Shown here piece after piece: positions 61,830-64,000 of a DNA stretch of 64,000 bases. The notes below the pieces were generated by a model. That model was not told the origin of the DNA, did no database searches, and saw nothing but the letters and a program-made list of their open reading frames with translations. Position numbers and translations under genes: made by a program. Origin of the DNA: Antedon mediterranea. Taxonomy: Eukaryota; Animalia; Echinodermata. The stretch is from the NCBI RefSeq assembly GCF_964355755.1, contig NC_092671.1, positions 5,952,001 through 6,016,000 of the forward strand, read 5' to 3'. Positions within the stretch are counted from its first letter, which is position 1. Each line of letters opens with the position of its first letter.

Positions 61830-61966
61830 AGCTCTGTCTACTACACTATCAAACTTTATGTGACATATGATGTGCCCATATATGGACATGATGATGTCAT
61901 ATCATTGCCATATTTGGGCACATCAAATTGTTTTTGTCAAACTAGTTTGATAGTGTAAACAGAGCT
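61830..61966. mobile_element. MITE family A complete copy, TTA TSD
   Basis: Both TIRs present, TTA on both sides. Confidence 0.85.
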
Positions 61967-62271
61967 TTAGAAACTAGAAGAATAGACCACATTTTGGGAT
62001 ATGTAATAATATAATATAATTCATAATTTATGTACAAAACTATAAAAAAATAAACCTAATAAATCATCATGTGATGCATTGTGAGTTTATCACATTTTTA
62101 ATTGCTTTATGCAATAGTTGATAGTGTTTTATATCTAAAAATGTCTGAATTAATGTTTAAAATGTAGACATAGACTACATCTGGAATGGAGTCTATGAAC
62201 TACAGTATGTAAAACATGAATACTAATTGGTATTCTTTGTATTTCATCTGGTGGCCATTATAATTTCTTAA

Positions 62272-63381
62272 AATGGACCTGAAATGGATTTTCGATTTTT
62301 TTCATTTTAGAATAATGTTTTGGGGGCTATTAGGTGTTGCTAGAATATATATTGTTACAAAATATAAATTGGCCCTTTTGGGGAAAGCCCCATTTGAAAA
62401 TAAAAAAAAATTCGCGGGTGACGTCACTTTGCGAATATATTCCTATCCCTCCAATGGACAATTTGCAGTTTTTTGGCTATAACTCTTGAAATCTATGGAG
62501 TATTTTCTAAAAAATGCTTGTGCATTCGCAGAAACGTATTTAGAATTTTTTTAGATAAAATTATTACCGTATAAACGGTTATTCATCGAGTAAATGACAA
62601 TTTAAAATCTTAAAATCAACGGTTTTTTTCTGGCAATACCGAAGTTGGCCTGGCAACGTTGTCCGGGATACAGCTCCGTGCGCAATGATGCGTATCCATA
62701 TTTTCCGTTCGTGTATTTTGTATCGTTCGTAATTTATACTGCTAAAATGTGTTAGTTTCTTTAGTTTTTAGTTTAGCAGAATTAAATTAGTAATATGAGA
62801 TGATAATTTATTTGTCACGAATCAGGCAGTTCGAAAACGAATTTTATTCATATTTTACTTTGGCTTGACAATGAGCGCAGCAAGTTGTTGATATAAACGG
62901 AGCCTCGCCGCATGATGTGGGTGTGGTGGATCGACTCCGCGCACTGGATTGGGGGCCTAGGCCTAGTAAAGGTTTGGGAGGTAGGCCTTCTAAATTCGGG
63001 TTTTAGAACAAACGAAGTACATTTTAGGGACCTATATTTCAACAACAATAGATATTGAATAAATTAGTATTAGTGTCAACGCTTCGCGTATCTTTCCAGC
63101 CAGGCCGTCGATCATTCACTGACTATCGGGCGGCATACACGCTCTCGATATCATCGTGTGTATATGTGACGTCGTGAATATAGAGGCTTCCGACGGCCGT
63201 TGAAATAGAATATTGCAATGGCGTGAGTAATTTTCGCTAATTTACCATGGTATCTTAAAATTTCGTTTTTACTCAAAATACTACACATTTTGTTTTTATT
63301 TGTATGGGTTTGTGTTAATTTGATACATTTAAATAACATGTGTGAATTTCTTGAAAATCGAAATTCCATTTCAGGTCCATT
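62272..63381 (-). mobile_element. Second, inverted copy of the TTAA-specific (Kolobok-like) element, 1110 bp
   Basis: Same TIRs, TTAA at 62268-71 and 63382-85; the reverse complement is colinear with 58491-59620 (cf. near-identical ORFs 58503+ and 63151-). Confidence 0.88.
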
Positions 63382-64000
63382 TTAACAACCCATTTATATA
63401 AGTTGTTTTGAATTTGTTTCATATTTTATCACTGAAAAAAAAAAGATCTGACCCTACAATAATAGTTTGATAAATTCTCAATATCCTAAATTACATTATT
63501 ATTATTGATAATGATTTATTTTTTCAAATATCATACAATACAAGCCAGTCACTTTCCAATAATAGCTTTAATAACAAAGATTCTTTATGATTATTATTAT
63601 GTTTCAGAATAGCAATCATATTTTCTTATATTTCCTATCCAATTTGTTTCAATTATCTGTGTATCTCGATCAGTAATTCGTCGGCAGAAATTAAACTTGA
63701 CATTCTAGATAAAAGAAAAAAGCGATTGGTCTCTAATTAGCAAGGCTCGTTTTACAATGTGGTTGGCTGGCTATAAAACATCACAGTATGCGACAATCTC
63801 CACGCTGGTGTTTTTAACAGCATGAGTGAACATGGCCTTGCCACATGCCTACATGCCATACACAGATTTTTTTATATATAATGATTGGTTCACGATAAAT
63901 GGAGTTATTTTACGCATGTACGGTTCTGTGTTCTGCGAGCATACACACATCGAGACCAGTTGTGTAAATACAAGAGTAAATTGATGTAGATTTCGTGACA

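Noticed and set aside
59621-62271. Past inversion of the spacer between the two inverted elements
   Set aside because: The 17-bp array continues in the same orientation on both sides of the first copy, so this haplotype is not inverted.
58503-63369. Duplicated small ORFs 58503+ / 63151- as a gene pair or transposase
   Set aside because: They begin inside the TIR of the non-autonomous element, differ in length and show no DDE or THAP motifs.

Overview
This is AT-rich eukaryotic (invertebrate animal) genomic DNA with GT-AG spliceosomal introns; it is not prokaryotic, and I found no CRISPR array or operon. Three gene loci are readable. (1) The 3' part of a SPATS2/SPATS2L-family (DUF1387) gene on +, 8 coding exons, 1817-12990, with the N-terminal exons presumably upstream of the window. 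(2) A complete MANSC-domain mucin-like type I membrane protein gene on -, 6 coding exons, 19711-27639, ~482 aa, ending in YSKVDYLINGMYN. (3) The 5' end of an unidentified large + strand gene that appears to share a bidirectional promoter (~28.9 kb) with the MANSC gene and has at least two candidate alternative phase-1 first coding exons (29226, 48801). Non-coding space is dense with transposon debris: 14 copies of one Harbinger-type MITE, nested MITEs, two inverted ~1.1 kb TTAA-flanked (Kolobok-like) elements, LINE 3' fragments, tRNA-derived SINEs and several minisatellites. The most intriguing unexplained items are a cryptic minus-strand exon-like chain at 15.6-17.1 kb, the inverted TTAA element pair, two MITEs sharing an inverted 29-bp flank, and a triplicated tRNA-like head. 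No clearly novel system is demonstrated; all family assignments come from recalled motifs, not database searches.
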